Part shown: positions 26,875-36,589 of the stretch, piece by piece
Numbering within the stretch: position 1 is the stretch's first letter
Layout: each line of letters starts with the position of its first letter
Origin: Candidatus Pacearchaeota archaeon CG_4_10_14_0_2_um_filter_35_33
Lineage (GTDB): Archaea > Nanobdellota > Nanobdellia > Pacearchaeales > GW2011-AR1
Length of the DNA stretch: 64,000 nucleotides
Direction of reading: 5' to 3'
Assembly: GCA_002792635.1 (NCBI GenBank)
Contig: PFOR01000027.1
Span: forward strand, 2,563-66,562
Notes under the pieces: model-generated
The model's database searches: none
Seen by the model: only the letters and a program-made list of their open reading frames with translations
Told to the model about the DNA's origin: nothing
Translations under genes and position numbers: made by a program

Positions 26875-28764
26875 TTATTTCAGTCTAATCGTCTCTAAAT
26901 TCCTTGGAACTGTAGTTTCTACGCGATTCATTTTATATAATGAGGACGCCAAATCAAGAGATTTTGAAACCTCTCCGTGATTAATAATTATTTTTTTAGG
27001 GCGGGGATTCATTCTATTTATGTATTGAACCAATTCATTTCTTCCAGAGTGCGGGGATAAACCATACATTGTTTCAACTCTCATCTTTACTTCTACTGTT
27101 TCCCCAGACTCTTCTATCCGCACGACTTTTTCTCCCGCCTTAACTTTTCCTCCTAAAGACATGGGGGCCTGGTAACACCCAAAGATAAGGAGATTTTTTG
27201 GATTGTCTGCCAAATTTCTAAAGTATTCCACGGATGCTCCACCTACTAGCATTCCAGATGTTGCAATTATGATGCATGGGCCTCCTTCAATTACTTCCTT
27301 TCTTTCTGTTGGAGAGCCAACACGTTTTAAGATAGATGATGTAAAAGGATTATTGTCCTGAAATATTTGTCCTCTGACATTTGATGATAGGAAATCTGGA
27401 TATGCTGTATGAATTGCAGTAATATCCCAAAGCATCCCATCCAAATATACTGGAATCTCAGGTAATTTTCCTGTTCTTATGGCCTCTTCGACTCTAAGCA
27501 TTGTTTCCTGAGCGTGTCCTAAACCTAGTTCCGGCAAGAGAATTTTTCCACCTTTCTTTATAGTTTCGTTTGCAGCATCCAAGAATTCTTGTTCTACCTC
27601 TCTCATTGGCGGATGAATGTCTGTTTTAGCACCATATGTGGATTCTAATGTTACTGTTTCTGCTCTTGGGAACCTATTAACCGCTGGATCAAGGAGTCTT
27701 GATTTTTTGTAATTAGTATCTCCAGTGTAGACAAAATTATGGGCACCATTTCCTATATTTATGTGTGTGACTGCTGAGCCTAAAACATGTCCTGCATTGT
27801 AGAAAGTTATCCTTATATCTGGTGTTATGTCATGAACTTCTCCATAATTTAAACAAATGGAATGTTTAACCATATCTTTCACTTGTTCGGCCCTGAATAT
27901 TGGAGCTTCTGCTTGTTTGTATGCAACGCCTATGAAATCTAATGCTAGTAGGGCAGATATATCTCTTGTCGGAGCAGTCATATATACCGGTCCTTTGTAG
28001 CCCATTTTGTACAAATAAGGAATTAAAGCTGAGTGGTCTGTGTGTGCGTGGCTTAAAATAATTGCATCTATCGTCGATATATCTCCAATTTCAGAAACAT
28101 CCAGATAGGGGAATCTATCAGGGCCTTTTGAAATTCCAGGGTTAATTCCGCAATCTAAAAGGATTTTCGAATTTGGAGTTTGTAATAATAAACAGGACCT
28201 TCCAACCTGTCTCCCTGAACCAAGATAAGTTACACGTGCCCATATGTCCATTTTATCTAGAGTCCAGTCTTTGTAAATTTTCTCACCAATGTCATTTAAA
28301 AATTTCTTTCTGTAATTGTTGTTTGCATAAAGAACAGAACGTATTTTTTCTGTAATCTTTGAAGGAATCGCAGAGCTTCTTTGTACTGTGGGTGTCCAGA
28401 GTGTTGACACTTTGATGTCCTTCAATATGGATCCTCCTTTTCCTATAACCATTCCCGGTTTTTTTGCCTCTATTATTACTGTGCTTCTTTGAACATCAAA
28501 AATCATATTTGTTATTCCTGCCTCCTGTTCAACTAATGCTTTGATTGTTTTTTCTGTGTCTTCTTCTGATGCAAGAAGTTTCTTATCTGCTCTTAGTTCT
28601 ATTCTTTTCTTTACTATGTCGACAACTTCTTTTATTTTTCCTTCTCCATTTTTGAAGAAATCTTTATCAGAAGTGTAGATAACTATATTTGCTCCTTCAA
28701 AAATTGATTCACTTATTACTCCTTTAGGTAATTCTTCTTCAATACTTTTTAGAATATCCGACAT
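26875..28764 (-). CDS. fttA: aCPSF1 / FttA (KH domains + metallo-beta-lactamase + beta-CASP ribonuclease)
   Basis: 629 aa. N-terminal KH-type GKGG motif (VIGKGGSILKDI) and ILSHAHTDHSA (HxHxDH). Confidence 0.9.
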   Translation of the reverse strand: MSDILKSIEEELPKGVISESIFEGANIVIYTSDKDFFKNGEGKIKEVVDIVKKRIELRADKKLLASEEDTEKTIKALVEQEAGITNMIFDVQRSTVIIEAKKPGMVIGKGGSILKDIKVSTLWTPTVQRSSAIPSKITEKIRSVLYANNNYRKKFLNDIGEKIYKDWTLDKMDIWARVTYLGSGRQVGRSCLLLQTPNSKILLDCGINPGISKGPDRFPYLDVSEIGDISTIDAIILSHAHTDHSALIPYLYKMGYKGPVYMTAPTRDISALLALDFIGVAYKQAEAPIFRAEQVKDMVKHSICLNYGEVHDITPDIRITFYNAGHVLGSAVTHINIGNGAHNFVYTGDTNYKKSRLLDPAVNRFPRAETVTLESTYGAKTDIHPPMREVEQEFLDAANETIKKGGKILLPELGLGHAQETMLRVEEAIRTGKLPEIPVYLDGMLWDITAIHTAYPDFLSSNVRGQIFQDNNPFTSSILKRVGSPTERKEVIEGGPCIIIATSGMLVGGASVEYFRNLADNPKNLLIFGCYQAPMSLGGKVKAGEKVVRIEESGETVEVKMRVETMYGLSPHSGRNELVQYINRMNPRPKKIIINHGEVSKSLDLASSLYKMNRVETTVPRNLETIRLK

Positions 28765-28766
28765 TT

Positions 28767-29420
28767 TTAATTATAAGTTGCTGTTATCTCTTGTGAAACT
28801 GCATGTTTTATTCCATCTTTTGTTATTGTGAAGACATCAATTCCGTTACCAGAACCAACGTCTCTCTGTGTCGAAGATTTTATAGCTTCTATTGCTAATT
28901 CTACTCCTTGTTGAACGGTTATGTTTTTATTCCATTGTCTTTCTAAAAGTCCAAGAACGAATGGCATTCCAGATGAGAAGTTTGCATCATAATCTTTTAT
29001 CTCTTGAACTCCTCCAGCAGGTTCTATGGTATAGGCCTCGAATGAGCCATCTGGGTTGATGCCTGAAACGATTGTTCCTACGATATGAGGAATCATGGAA
29101 GGGGCTCTGATATTCTTATAAAATATCATACCTATCAGGTGTGCTGCTTCCTTTACACTAGGCCTTGATTTTGTTTTTAATTCCTTGAGCCTGAGTTCAG
29201 CAGCTATAACCTTTCCAGATATAAATGCGTCTGCAACACTTCCCGTCCAAGACATTACTAAATAATCATTTATTTTGGATACTTTTTGGAAGTCTTTATT
29301 CATAATTAAAGTGCCTGCAGTTACCCTTCTGTCTGCACCCATAACTATTCCATCCTTACAGACTATGCCTAAGACTGTAGTGCCCGTTTTCAACATGTTA
29401 TTCTTCAATTCAGAGTCCAT
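28767..29420 (-). CDS. psmB: Proteasome subunit beta
   Basis: Propeptide followed by the active-site sequence LKTG|TTVLGIV. Ntn-hydrolase family. Confidence 0.9.
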   Translation of the reverse strand: MDSELKNNMLKTGTTVLGIVCKDGIVMGADRRVTAGTLIMNKDFQKVSKINDYLVMSWTGSVADAFISGKVIAAELRLKELKTKSRPSVKEAAHLIGMIFYKNIRAPSMIPHIVGTIVSGINPDGSFEAYTIEPAGGVQEIKDYDANFSSGMPFVLGLLERQWNKNITVQQGVELAIEAIKSSTQRDVGSGNGIDVFTITKDGIKHAVSQEITATYN

Positions 29421-29459
29421 AGAACAAACCTCTATGGTTTTAAAGATAATGGAGCCTAT

Positions 29460-31514
29460 TTAAATATTTCGCTGTATTATCCTTGAACTACCTTCTTCTT
29501 TCTTAACCTTGATGACATTGTCCACAAAGTTTTCTATTTGTGGCTCGTGTGAGACTATTATCAATTGTCCTATGCTCAGTTCGTTTAGGATGTCTCTTAT
29601 TTTATCTAATTGCTGGCTTGAAAAGCCATCTGTTGGTTCATCTAGAATTACTAAATCCTTTGTGTTCAATCGGCTAAATAATGAGTTAATTATCTGGTTT
29701 AATGCTAACCGATATGCCAAGGCGACCGCGGTCCTTTCTCCTCCTGAAAGGAAAGAATAATCTAACTCATAATCTCCCTGTAAGATTATGGGAGAGAAAG
29801 TTTCGTCGAGATTTACAAAAAATGCGTCTGTTGTTAGCATTGAGAACCATTTGTTAAACAACCTAGAGAATTCGTTCCGAAGTTTCATCATTATATTTTT
29901 TTCTGTGAACGAAACCAAGTCCGAAAATTTAGTGGAGAGCCATTGCTCTATTTCAAGAACATTTGATAGCCTGGTTTTTGACAATTCTTTTTGTTGGATT
30001 TTTTTAAGTTGGATTGTTATTTCTTTCTTAGTTAATTCAAGTTCTTTTTTTAGCTCTGCCAACTCTATCTCGACATTTTTTTCTCCTTGGAATGCAGATT
30101 TTAATTCGTCCTGCCTTATTATATAAATATTATCGTATTTCTTAAATTCCAAAACTGAATTTTTTAGTGATTCAATATGTTTCTTCAGTAAATTTGAGTC
30201 TTTATCTAGTTCTTCCTCTTGTTTCGTATATGTGTTTAAGTTCTCCTTGAATTTCTGGATATCTTGAAGCTTAGATTTTAGGATATCAAGTTCTGACTTT
30301 TTGGACTCTAATTCTGCGACGGTATTTTTTTCAGATTCCAATGTTGAAGAAATTATTGAGATGTTTTGATTCAGCCCCTTGAGTTCCTTTTCTGTTTTTA
30401 CTAGCTGGTTTTCAGTCTCATTTAGAATATTGTGCTTATGTGGCTCTGGAACATCTTGTAGACAAGTTGGACACATGTCTATCTTGAATATCCTTTGTTT
30501 TTTTAATAGGTCTGATTCCTTTAATTGGTTCAAGGAATCTATTCTGCTTGAAAGAGTTATTAATTCCCTGTTCAACCCTTCAATTACACTTTTTTTCTTT
30601 GAAATATCTTTGATTATCTTGTTATGGGTTTCTTCATCAAATTCCGGAAACTCTAAAATTTTTTTGTTCAAGTCCCTGATTTCATTTTCAAGCCTTGATT
30701 TTTCCTGTAATTTATATGTCAATGCTACGTTTGTTTTTTCTATTTCCTTTTCAAACTTGTTTTTTTCTTCAATCTTTCCCTGAATTTCTTTGATTTTCTC
30801 TTCTATTAAATTTCTTTCCTCTAATTTTATTTGCAACTCTTCAGATTTTGAATTGATTTTCTCTTCGAGCAGAGATATATATTCTTTCTGTGATTCCAAC
30901 AAGGTTTTTGATTCATCTAAGTCTCTAATTTCATGCTGTAAAATTCTAGATTCTTCCCTTAACTTTGATGCAAAGATTGATAGATTTTCTCTTATTTTTT
31001 TATATTTCTCTACTCCAAAAATGTGTCTAAGAACGTTCAATCTTGTTTCGGCATCTTCTAAAATTATTTGTTTCATCTGTTCTTGTGGAGAATAAACAGT
31101 ATAGTTGTATAGGATATTGGTTTTCTTTACAAATTCAAGAGGATAATTTAAATAGTTGAGAACTTTTGCCTTTAACTCTGTAACTGAAAGTTCTTCCTTA
31201 TCACCATTAACTGATATTGCACTGTATTCTTGTGAGATTGATCTTGAGGATCTTTTGAGTTTTCTTTCTATTTCTATTTCGTTTTCATTCACTTCTAGCG
31301 TTAGCCTGACCATTCCTGTATCGGAAGAAGATGCAAGAAGTGATGAGCCTCTTTGTCCTGGTTGCAATCCAAAAAGTGCAAAAGAAATGGCTAAAAGAAG
31401 GGTTGTTTTTCCAGAGCCGATATCTCCTGAAAGGAGGGTAGAACCTGGCGGGAATTCTATTTCTCCTCTTCGATAACTTCTTATATTTTCAAGATACAAT
31501 TTTTTTAATTTCAT
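29460..31514 (-). CDS. rad50: DNA double-strand break repair ATPase Rad50 (compact, 684 aa)
   Basis: Walker A GDIGSGKTT, zinc hook CPTC in the middle of the coiled coil, signature SGGERTAVALAYRLAL, and Walker B LVILDEPT. Confidence 0.9.
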   Translation of the reverse strand: MKLKKLYLENIRSYRRGEIEFPPGSTLLSGDIGSGKTTLLLAISFALFGLQPGQRGSSLLASSSDTGMVRLTLEVNENEIEIERKLKRSSRSISQEYSAISVNGDKEELSVTELKAKVLNYLNYPLEFVKKTNILYNYTVYSPQEQMKQIILEDAETRLNVLRHIFGVEKYKKIRENLSIFASKLREESRILQHEIRDLDESKTLLESQKEYISLLEEKINSKSEELQIKLEERNLIEEKIKEIQGKIEEKNKFEKEIEKTNVALTYKLQEKSRLENEIRDLNKKILEFPEFDEETHNKIIKDISKKKSVIEGLNRELITLSSRIDSLNQLKESDLLKKQRIFKIDMCPTCLQDVPEPHKHNILNETENQLVKTEKELKGLNQNISIISSTLESEKNTVAELESKKSELDILKSKLQDIQKFKENLNTYTKQEEELDKDSNLLKKHIESLKNSVLEFKKYDNIYIIRQDELKSAFQGEKNVEIELAELKKELELTKKEITIQLKKIQQKELSKTRLSNVLEIEQWLSTKFSDLVSFTEKNIMMKLRNEFSRLFNKWFSMLTTDAFFVNLDETFSPIILQGDYELDYSFLSGGERTAVALAYRLALNQIINSLFSRLNTKDLVILDEPTDGFSSQQLDKIRDILNELSIGQLIIVSHEPQIENFVDNVIKVKKEEGSSRIIQRNI

Positions 31515-32659
31515 AAGTCTATCACCTTTTTCATTTCAGTGAATAGCCTGTCTTCAAAGATTCTTGAGATCTCTCCTTCTTTTTTTTCTATTTGGAGGGA
31601 TGACATTAAAGGGTTTATCAGGTTGTTGAGTTTATGTGGATTCTTCTCTTCAAAATTTCTTATTATTTCTTCTTCTATATCCTGGCTTTCGACTTCTATA
31701 TCTATGTCCGATTCTGTCACGAAAAGCTTGGACGTGCTTTTTAGGAAGACATAAGCGTTTTGTTCTTTCACATATCTTTCAATTTCATTCAGTTTGATGT
31801 CTGATGATTTTCCAACTTCTATGTTTCCAAACAATCTTAAAATTATGATTTTATCTTCTAGATTATGTTTTTTTAACTCCTCTATAATTTCATCTGTTGC
31901 AGAAATTGCATTGTTAACTTCAAATTCAAATTTTGAAATTTCTTTTAATTTAATTTCTCTTTTCTCTACTTTTCCTGAGGTGTCTACGATGTAAAAAGAA
32001 CCTTTTTGTAATTCCTCTAGTTCCTCAGAGTTATTAGGAAAAGTTGGACCACAATATACCCTGTTGTCTTTATTGTAATCGATATGCAAGTGCGCTAGTG
32101 CTAAATAATCCACTTTCGGTAATTTGGTTTCATCAACTGCTGGAATTGGGAGAGTCTTTACAGCATCTCTGATTGCTGTGTGAAGCATCAGTATTTTGAA
32201 TAGCCCTGGGGTATCATTCAATTTAATCTTGGCTATTTCCGGAACTTCGAGACCTGATTTTTTTCCGGGATAACCATAGATTGCTATATTTTTGAAAATT
32301 GTGGGTTGTAAGATTATTGATTCATTCCTAAATTCTGGTTTGAACACATTAGTGGCAAATCCTGCTTTTTCTAAAACATCTAAGAATGATTTTCCTGTTG
32401 CTGAATAATCATGACTTCCTGCTATTAAGAATACAGGAATTCCAGCATCCTTTAACTTTCTGAATTCTTCAAAAGCATCCTTTATTGTTTCTATTGGAGG
32501 GTATGCTGTATCAAACAAATCGCCGGCTATTAGAACAAAGTCTAGTTTTTCCTTTATTATTGTATTAACTGCTATTCTAAATGCTTCTAAATTCAACTGT
32601 CTTAATTCGGGATGGCGCCATCCTCCAAGATGGCAATCACCAAGATGTGCAAACCTCAT
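31511..32659 (-). CDS. mre11: DNA double-strand break repair nuclease Mre11
   Basis: Phosphoesterase motifs HLGDCHLG, GDLFD, GSHD. Confidence 0.9.
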   Translation of the reverse strand: MRFAHLGDCHLGGWRHPELRQLNLEAFRIAVNTIIKEKLDFVLIAGDLFDTAYPPIETIKDAFEEFRKLKDAGIPVFLIAGSHDYSATGKSFLDVLEKAGFATNVFKPEFRNESIILQPTIFKNIAIYGYPGKKSGLEVPEIAKIKLNDTPGLFKILMLHTAIRDAVKTLPIPAVDETKLPKVDYLALAHLHIDYNKDNRVYCGPTFPNNSEELEELQKGSFYIVDTSGKVEKREIKLKEISKFEFEVNNAISATDEIIEELKKHNLEDKIIILRLFGNIEVGKSSDIKLNEIERYVKEQNAYVFLKSTSKLFVTESDIDIEVESQDIEEEIIRNFEEKNPHKLNNLINPLMSSLQIEKKEGEISRIFEDRLFTEMKKVIDL

Positions 32660-32683
32660 TATAATTTCTGAGATGAGGGATAT

Positions 32684-33232
32684 TTATTGATTGTTGTGTT
32701 GGATTTCCCAGACTTCCAGAGTTTCTTGGAAGAGTTTTTTTTTGGCAATTGACTTATAGCTTAAGTTTTGTTGGGATAATAGGTTAATTATCCTTTTTCT
32801 CGGGGTTAATGATGAGAGTAGTAGTAAAATAACTGAATCACTATGCATGTGAATTTGTGCTTGCTTTAGGAATCTTTGGATTAATTCATCCCCTTTTTTT
32901 CCTCCCGTTGTTGCTAATCTGCTTTTTTTGTCTTCTCTAGAATCCAGGGGAAGGTATGGAGGATTAAAAATAATTAGGTCGAATCTTCCTTTTATTTTTG
33001 AAAATAGGTTTGATTTTACTATCTTTATTTTATCATCATTAAATTTGGCTTTTATATATTCTATGACTTTGGGACTTATATCAACTACTGTTACGGAAGA
33101 CGCTCTTGCTTTCATACAGGATTCTGCCAGGATTCCCGAACCTGAACCCATGTCTAAACAAGATTTTCCATTTGCATATTTAGAAATTTGTTTTTCTAGT
33201 AGATGTGAGTCATCTGATGGTTGATATATCAT
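32684..33232 (-). CDS. HemK/Mtq2-like N5-glutamine (release factor) methyltransferase
   Basis: YQPSDDSHLL N-terminus, SAM motif LDMGSGSGIL, and catalytic NPPY (IIFNPPYLP). Confidence 0.8.
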   Translation of the reverse strand: MIYQPSDDSHLLEKQISKYANGKSCLDMGSGSGILAESCMKARASSVTVVDISPKVIEYIKAKFNDDKIKIVKSNLFSKIKGRFDLIIFNPPYLPLDSREDKKSRLATTGGKKGDELIQRFLKQAQIHMHSDSVILLLLSSLTPRKRIINLLSQQNLSYKSIAKKKLFQETLEVWEIQHNNQ

Positions 33233-33675
33233 CCGAATAGGATAGCAAAAAATTCTGTTATGCTGTCTCTGAGAAAGAAAGATGCTCCAAGTGCGACGAT
33301 TAGGATTATAAGAACTGAAAGAAGAGTAATGAGTTTCCAGTCTACCCCCCTACTATGTTTTGATTCTATAGGAGGTCTAACCTGTTGGTTAGCTTGTACT
33401 TGCTTAGAACTGTAGCTCGGCTTGTTTAAGGTGGATTGTCTCCCTGCAACAGGCCATTGGTTCTTTTGGGTTACAGGCATTTGCTGTTGAGTTTGTTTAG
33501 GTTGTTGAGGATTTTGAACCTGGTCTGGGGGAGGCAATCCTGATGTTAAGGCTTGCGCAGCTTGTCTAACTTCTGCTTCAGGATATCCTGAACTAATAAA
33601 GGACCTAACTGCAGTTTCTAAGTCATATCCCTTGTCTAGAGCGTTCTTTAATCCACCAAATATATCTTCCCTCAT
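33229..33675 (-). CDS. Membrane protein with an N-terminal helical module, a Q/P-rich linker and a C-terminal TM helix
   Basis: 4-nt overlaps with both neighbours. The N-terminal module recurs in two other proteins in the window. Confidence 0.5.
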   Translation of the reverse strand: MREDIFGGLKNALDKGYDLETAVRSFISSGYPEAEVRQAAQALTSGLPPPDQVQNPQQPKQTQQQMPVTQKNQWPVAGRQSTLNKPSYSSKQVQANQQVRPPIESKHSRGVDWKLITLLSVLIILIVALGASFFLRDSITEFFAILFG

Positions 33676-35009
33676 TTTAGTGTTAACTTCCTAGCATTAG
33701 ACATCAAATGAACATTATAATTCTTTTTATATCCCATTTCTACCGCCAAATCAAAACCTGCTTTTGTCTTTTTGAAGTCTCCATGAGATGGAATTATATG
33801 TTCAGGGTCTGTGAGTTTTATCAAGTCTCTGATGTCTTCTCTTCCGCCATGACCTGATACATGGACATTATCAAATATTCTCACTTTGAATCTTCTTAGT
33901 CTCTTTTCTAATTGAGCCCGAGATTCTATTGTGATAGGAGTAGGGATTGTTTTTGATGAGAAAATTATGTGATCATCGTCTTCTAGTTTATATGGAAGTT
34001 GACCTCTTGAAATTCTGTCTAAAATTGCTCCTGGCTCTCCTTGATGACCTGTGCATGCTACAAGATACCTGCTTTTGTTTTTTGATACTTTTCTAAGAAG
34101 TTTCTCGGCTTGTCTCCTATACTTTGCCATTTGGACCCTTTTTCTGAATGGTGCCTTGCCTACAGCTTCTGCGGCTGAAACATATTTATTCATGCTTCTT
34201 CCAAGAAATACTACTTCTCTTCCTAATTTGCTTCCAAATTCGGCAATCGTTTTTAGCCTGGCTATATGGGATGAAAAGGTTGTGATTAATATCCCTGACT
34301 TGTAATTTTCTGTTGTAAATAAAACGTCTTCTAAAAGCCCTTTAGCAATTTTTTCTGAAGGTGTTTTCCTGTCATCAGAGGCATAGAGACAATCCATGAC
34401 AAGAGCCTTAATTCCTATTTTAGACAATTGCTTTAATCTTTTGTAATTTGGCTTGTCTCCAAAAGTTGGAGAATTGTCAAATTTGAAATCGTTAGCATAA
34501 AGGACCACTCCATCCTTTGTATGCACAGCAATCATCGTTGATTGAATTGTAGAGTGAGTTATGTTTACGAACTCAACTTTGTAATTTTTATCTCCTTTAA
34601 TTGTTATAGATTCATTTGGTTTGACTGAAATCATTTTGTTTGGTATTCCTGCCTTATTATCTTCCAGCAATCTTTTCAAAACTTCTATAGTAAATGGTGT
34701 GGATGCTACAGGTGCTTTATATCTATGAGATAGGTATTGGATTCCTCCGACATGGTCAAGATGCGCGTGCGATACTAGTAAGCCTCTTACCTTTTGTCTT
34801 AAATTATTTTTGTCTAGATATTGGTCATCAGGCAATGCGCCTATGCCCCTCATCCATTTTTCTGTTGGGTCCTTTTCTCTTTCCTGAACACCTACAATAG
34901 CTGGAAGAAAGATTCCCGCATCAAAAAGCAAGACATCCTGACCCGATTCCAGGGCAGTCATATTCTTCCCTACTTCATCATATCCTCCTATTGTGTGTAT
35001 CTTAATCAT
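33672..35009 (-). CDS. rnj: Archaeal RNase J (beta-CASP metallo-beta-lactamase)
   Basis: MIKIHTIGGYDEVGKNMTA N-terminus typical of RNase J, plus VSHAHLDHVGG. 445 aa. Confidence 0.85.
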   Translation of the reverse strand: MIKIHTIGGYDEVGKNMTALESGQDVLLFDAGIFLPAIVGVQEREKDPTEKWMRGIGALPDDQYLDKNNLRQKVRGLLVSHAHLDHVGGIQYLSHRYKAPVASTPFTIEVLKRLLEDNKAGIPNKMISVKPNESITIKGDKNYKVEFVNITHSTIQSTMIAVHTKDGVVLYANDFKFDNSPTFGDKPNYKRLKQLSKIGIKALVMDCLYASDDRKTPSEKIAKGLLEDVLFTTENYKSGILITTFSSHIARLKTIAEFGSKLGREVVFLGRSMNKYVSAAEAVGKAPFRKRVQMAKYRRQAEKLLRKVSKNKSRYLVACTGHQGEPGAILDRISRGQLPYKLEDDDHIIFSSKTIPTPITIESRAQLEKRLRRFKVRIFDNVHVSGHGGREDIRDLIKLTDPEHIIPSHGDFKKTKAGFDLAVEMGYKKNYNVHLMSNARKLTLK

Positions 35010-35072
35010 GTTGCTTTGAAGTAAAATTGGTTTATATAACTTAGCAAACTATAAATAGCAATTTTCCCTTTA

Positions 35073-35933
35073 ATGCGGATGCACCATCATATAAAGAGGT
35101 TGAAAAAACATAGGAATGTTTTATATGGGTTAGTTATAGTTTTGGTTGTATTTCAAATTGTGGTTTTTTTCGTTTTTACGTCTCAAACGTCTAGACTGAT
35201 TTCAGAACAAGAAAGAGCCAATGAATACTTTGAAAACAAGATAAGTAATGAGCTTGGGGGTGTGAGGGAAGAGATGAAGGCGAATATAAATGAGTTGGCT
35301 AATGTTATCTCTCAAAATAGTGAGGATTTTCAACAAGAAATTAATTTATTAAAATCAACCCGGGATGACTTTTCAGGCGTTGTTGAAGAGTCTATAAAAG
35401 GAGTTGTTACGATTTCTACTGAAAGGGCAAGTGGAAGCGGGTTTTTTGTACATTCCTCAGGATATATTGTTACAAATTGGCATGTTTTGGATGGGAGCAA
35501 TACAATGAAAGTTATTGATTATAGCGGAAATGAGATTAATGCTGAATTAATTGGAATGGATGACTTTACAGATCTTGCACTTCTTAAAGTTCCGGGAATT
35601 TATAACCATTTAGATTTAGCAAATAGCGATGATATTCAAATTGGGGAAACTGTTATTGCTATAGGAAATCCCTTGGGATTAGCATTTACAGTTACAGAAG
35701 GGATTGTTTCTGCCATTGACAGGGAAGGGCCTAATGGCCTGGAAGCTTATGTTCAGACAGATGTGACTTTAAATCCGGGCAATTCCGGAGGGCCTTTAAT
35801 AAATAAGGAGGGAAAAGTTGTTGGAGTAAATAATTTTAAGATTGGGGGTGCTGAAAGTTTAGGTTTTGCGTTAGAGAGTGATGTTGTTAAGGAAAGGATA
35901 AATATGATTGCAAACCAGACAATAATTGAATGA
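35073..35933 (+). CDS. Membrane-anchored trypsin-like serine protease (HtrA/S1C-like, no PDZ domain)
   Basis: Catalytic triad contexts TNWHV, DLALLKV, GNSGGPL. N-terminal TM helix. TATA spacing favours the ATG at 35079. Confidence 0.85.
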   Translation: MRMHHHIKRLKKHRNVLYGLVIVLVVFQIVVFFVFTSQTSRLISEQERANEYFENKISNELGGVREEMKANINELANVISQNSEDFQQEINLLKSTRDDFSGVVEESIKGVVTISTERASGSGFFVHSSGYIVTNWHVLDGSNTMKVIDYSGNEINAELIGMDDFTDLALLKVPGIYNHLDLANSDDIQIGETVIAIGNPLGLAFTVTEGIVSAIDREGPNGLEAYVQTDVTLNPGNSGGPLINKEGKVVGVNNFKIGGAESLGFALESDVVKERINMIANQTIIE

Positions 35934-36205
35934 TGTTAAAGAAAAAACCATCTGCGAAAATAAAGAGAAGATATCTTCTTATTAAGGGAGATAGAAAAGA
36001 GATTGAGAAGATAATATTAGACTATCTTGGTATTTTGGGATGGGCTAAAACGAATCCAGAGTTTGTTAAACAATCTGGGAAAAACTGGATTCTGGCCATT
36101 GATAGGAAATCTTTAGAAGGTGTGAAAGCCGCTTTCGCTGTCAATTCTGATAAATTAGAGGTTCTAAAGGTTTCTGGAACATTGAAAGGGATTGGGAAAA
36201 ATTAA
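35930..36205 (+). CDS. pop5: RNase P protein component Pop5 (Rpp14 family)
   Basis: KRRYLLIKG ... LGILGWAKTNP ... VLKVSGTLKGI aligns with Pyrococcus Pop5 as recalled (KKRYIAFKV ... LGELGTAKAKP ... VLGVSGTIKRL). It sits upstream of psmA as in the archaeal superoperon. Confidence 0.75.
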   Translation: MMLKKKPSAKIKRRYLLIKGDRKEIEKIILDYLGILGWAKTNPEFVKQSGKNWILAIDRKSLEGVKAAFAVNSDKLEVLKVSGTLKGIGKN

Positions 36206-36229
36206 ATACTCCTAATTCTCTTTTTGAGT

Positions 36230-36538
36230 ATGCAGAAGAGGGATTACATTATTTTGATTTTGGTTGTTGTAATTGTTGTTTTATTTGGATTTCTATTGCA
36301 ATCAGATACTCTAATTAATTCTAATGATGAACAGGGGAATTACGGTGATTTCAGTTTGCCTATTGGTTCCGGTGAATGTGGGAGTGATAATTGTGAAGCC
36401 TGTGATGTTAACGGTTGTTATGGTTATGAGAAATGCAGTGTTAAGACTATTAAGACTGAATGTGGTGAGTCCTGCACACAAGAGCAAAAGGTTTGTTATA
36501 CTAAATCTTCAGAAATAAATGACTTATATTCCTGTTAG
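36230..36538 (+). CDS. Signal-anchored Cys-rich protein, N-terminal part (ends at an in-frame TAG)
   Basis: TM helix YIILILVVVIVVLFGFLL followed by 9 Cys. TATA ATTAAATA lies 29 nt upstream of the ATG at 36230. Confidence 0.5.
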   Translation: MQKRDYIILILVVVIVVLFGFLLQSDTLINSNDEQGNYGDFSLPIGSGECGSDNCEACDVNGCYGYEKCSVKTIKTECGESCTQEQKVCYTKSSEINDLYSC

Positions 36539-36589
36539 GTAGATAGCGATTGTGTAAAAGTAGGGGCTGAGGTTTGTAATAAAATATTT

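Noticed and set aside
29509-31994. String of plus-strand ORFs (60-134 aa) rich in S/F/L/I, antisense to rad50 and mre11
   Set aside because: They are mirror images of the K/E/L-rich coiled-coil coding sequence on the minus strand. They have no promoters or motifs. The minus-strand genes carry complete Rad50 and Mre11 signatures.
36324-36518. 64-aa alternative-frame ORF inside the Cys-rich gene
   Set aside because: It is fully nested in a gene that has a signal anchor and a correctly spaced promoter, and it has no features of its own.
36536-36538. In-frame TAG as a pyrrolysine codon
   Set aside because: No pyl genes are visible in this window. TAG ends ordinary genes here, for example SBDS at 38340-38342 and the pilin-like gene at 4581-4583. 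The idea is kept only as a low-probability alternative within the read-through finding.
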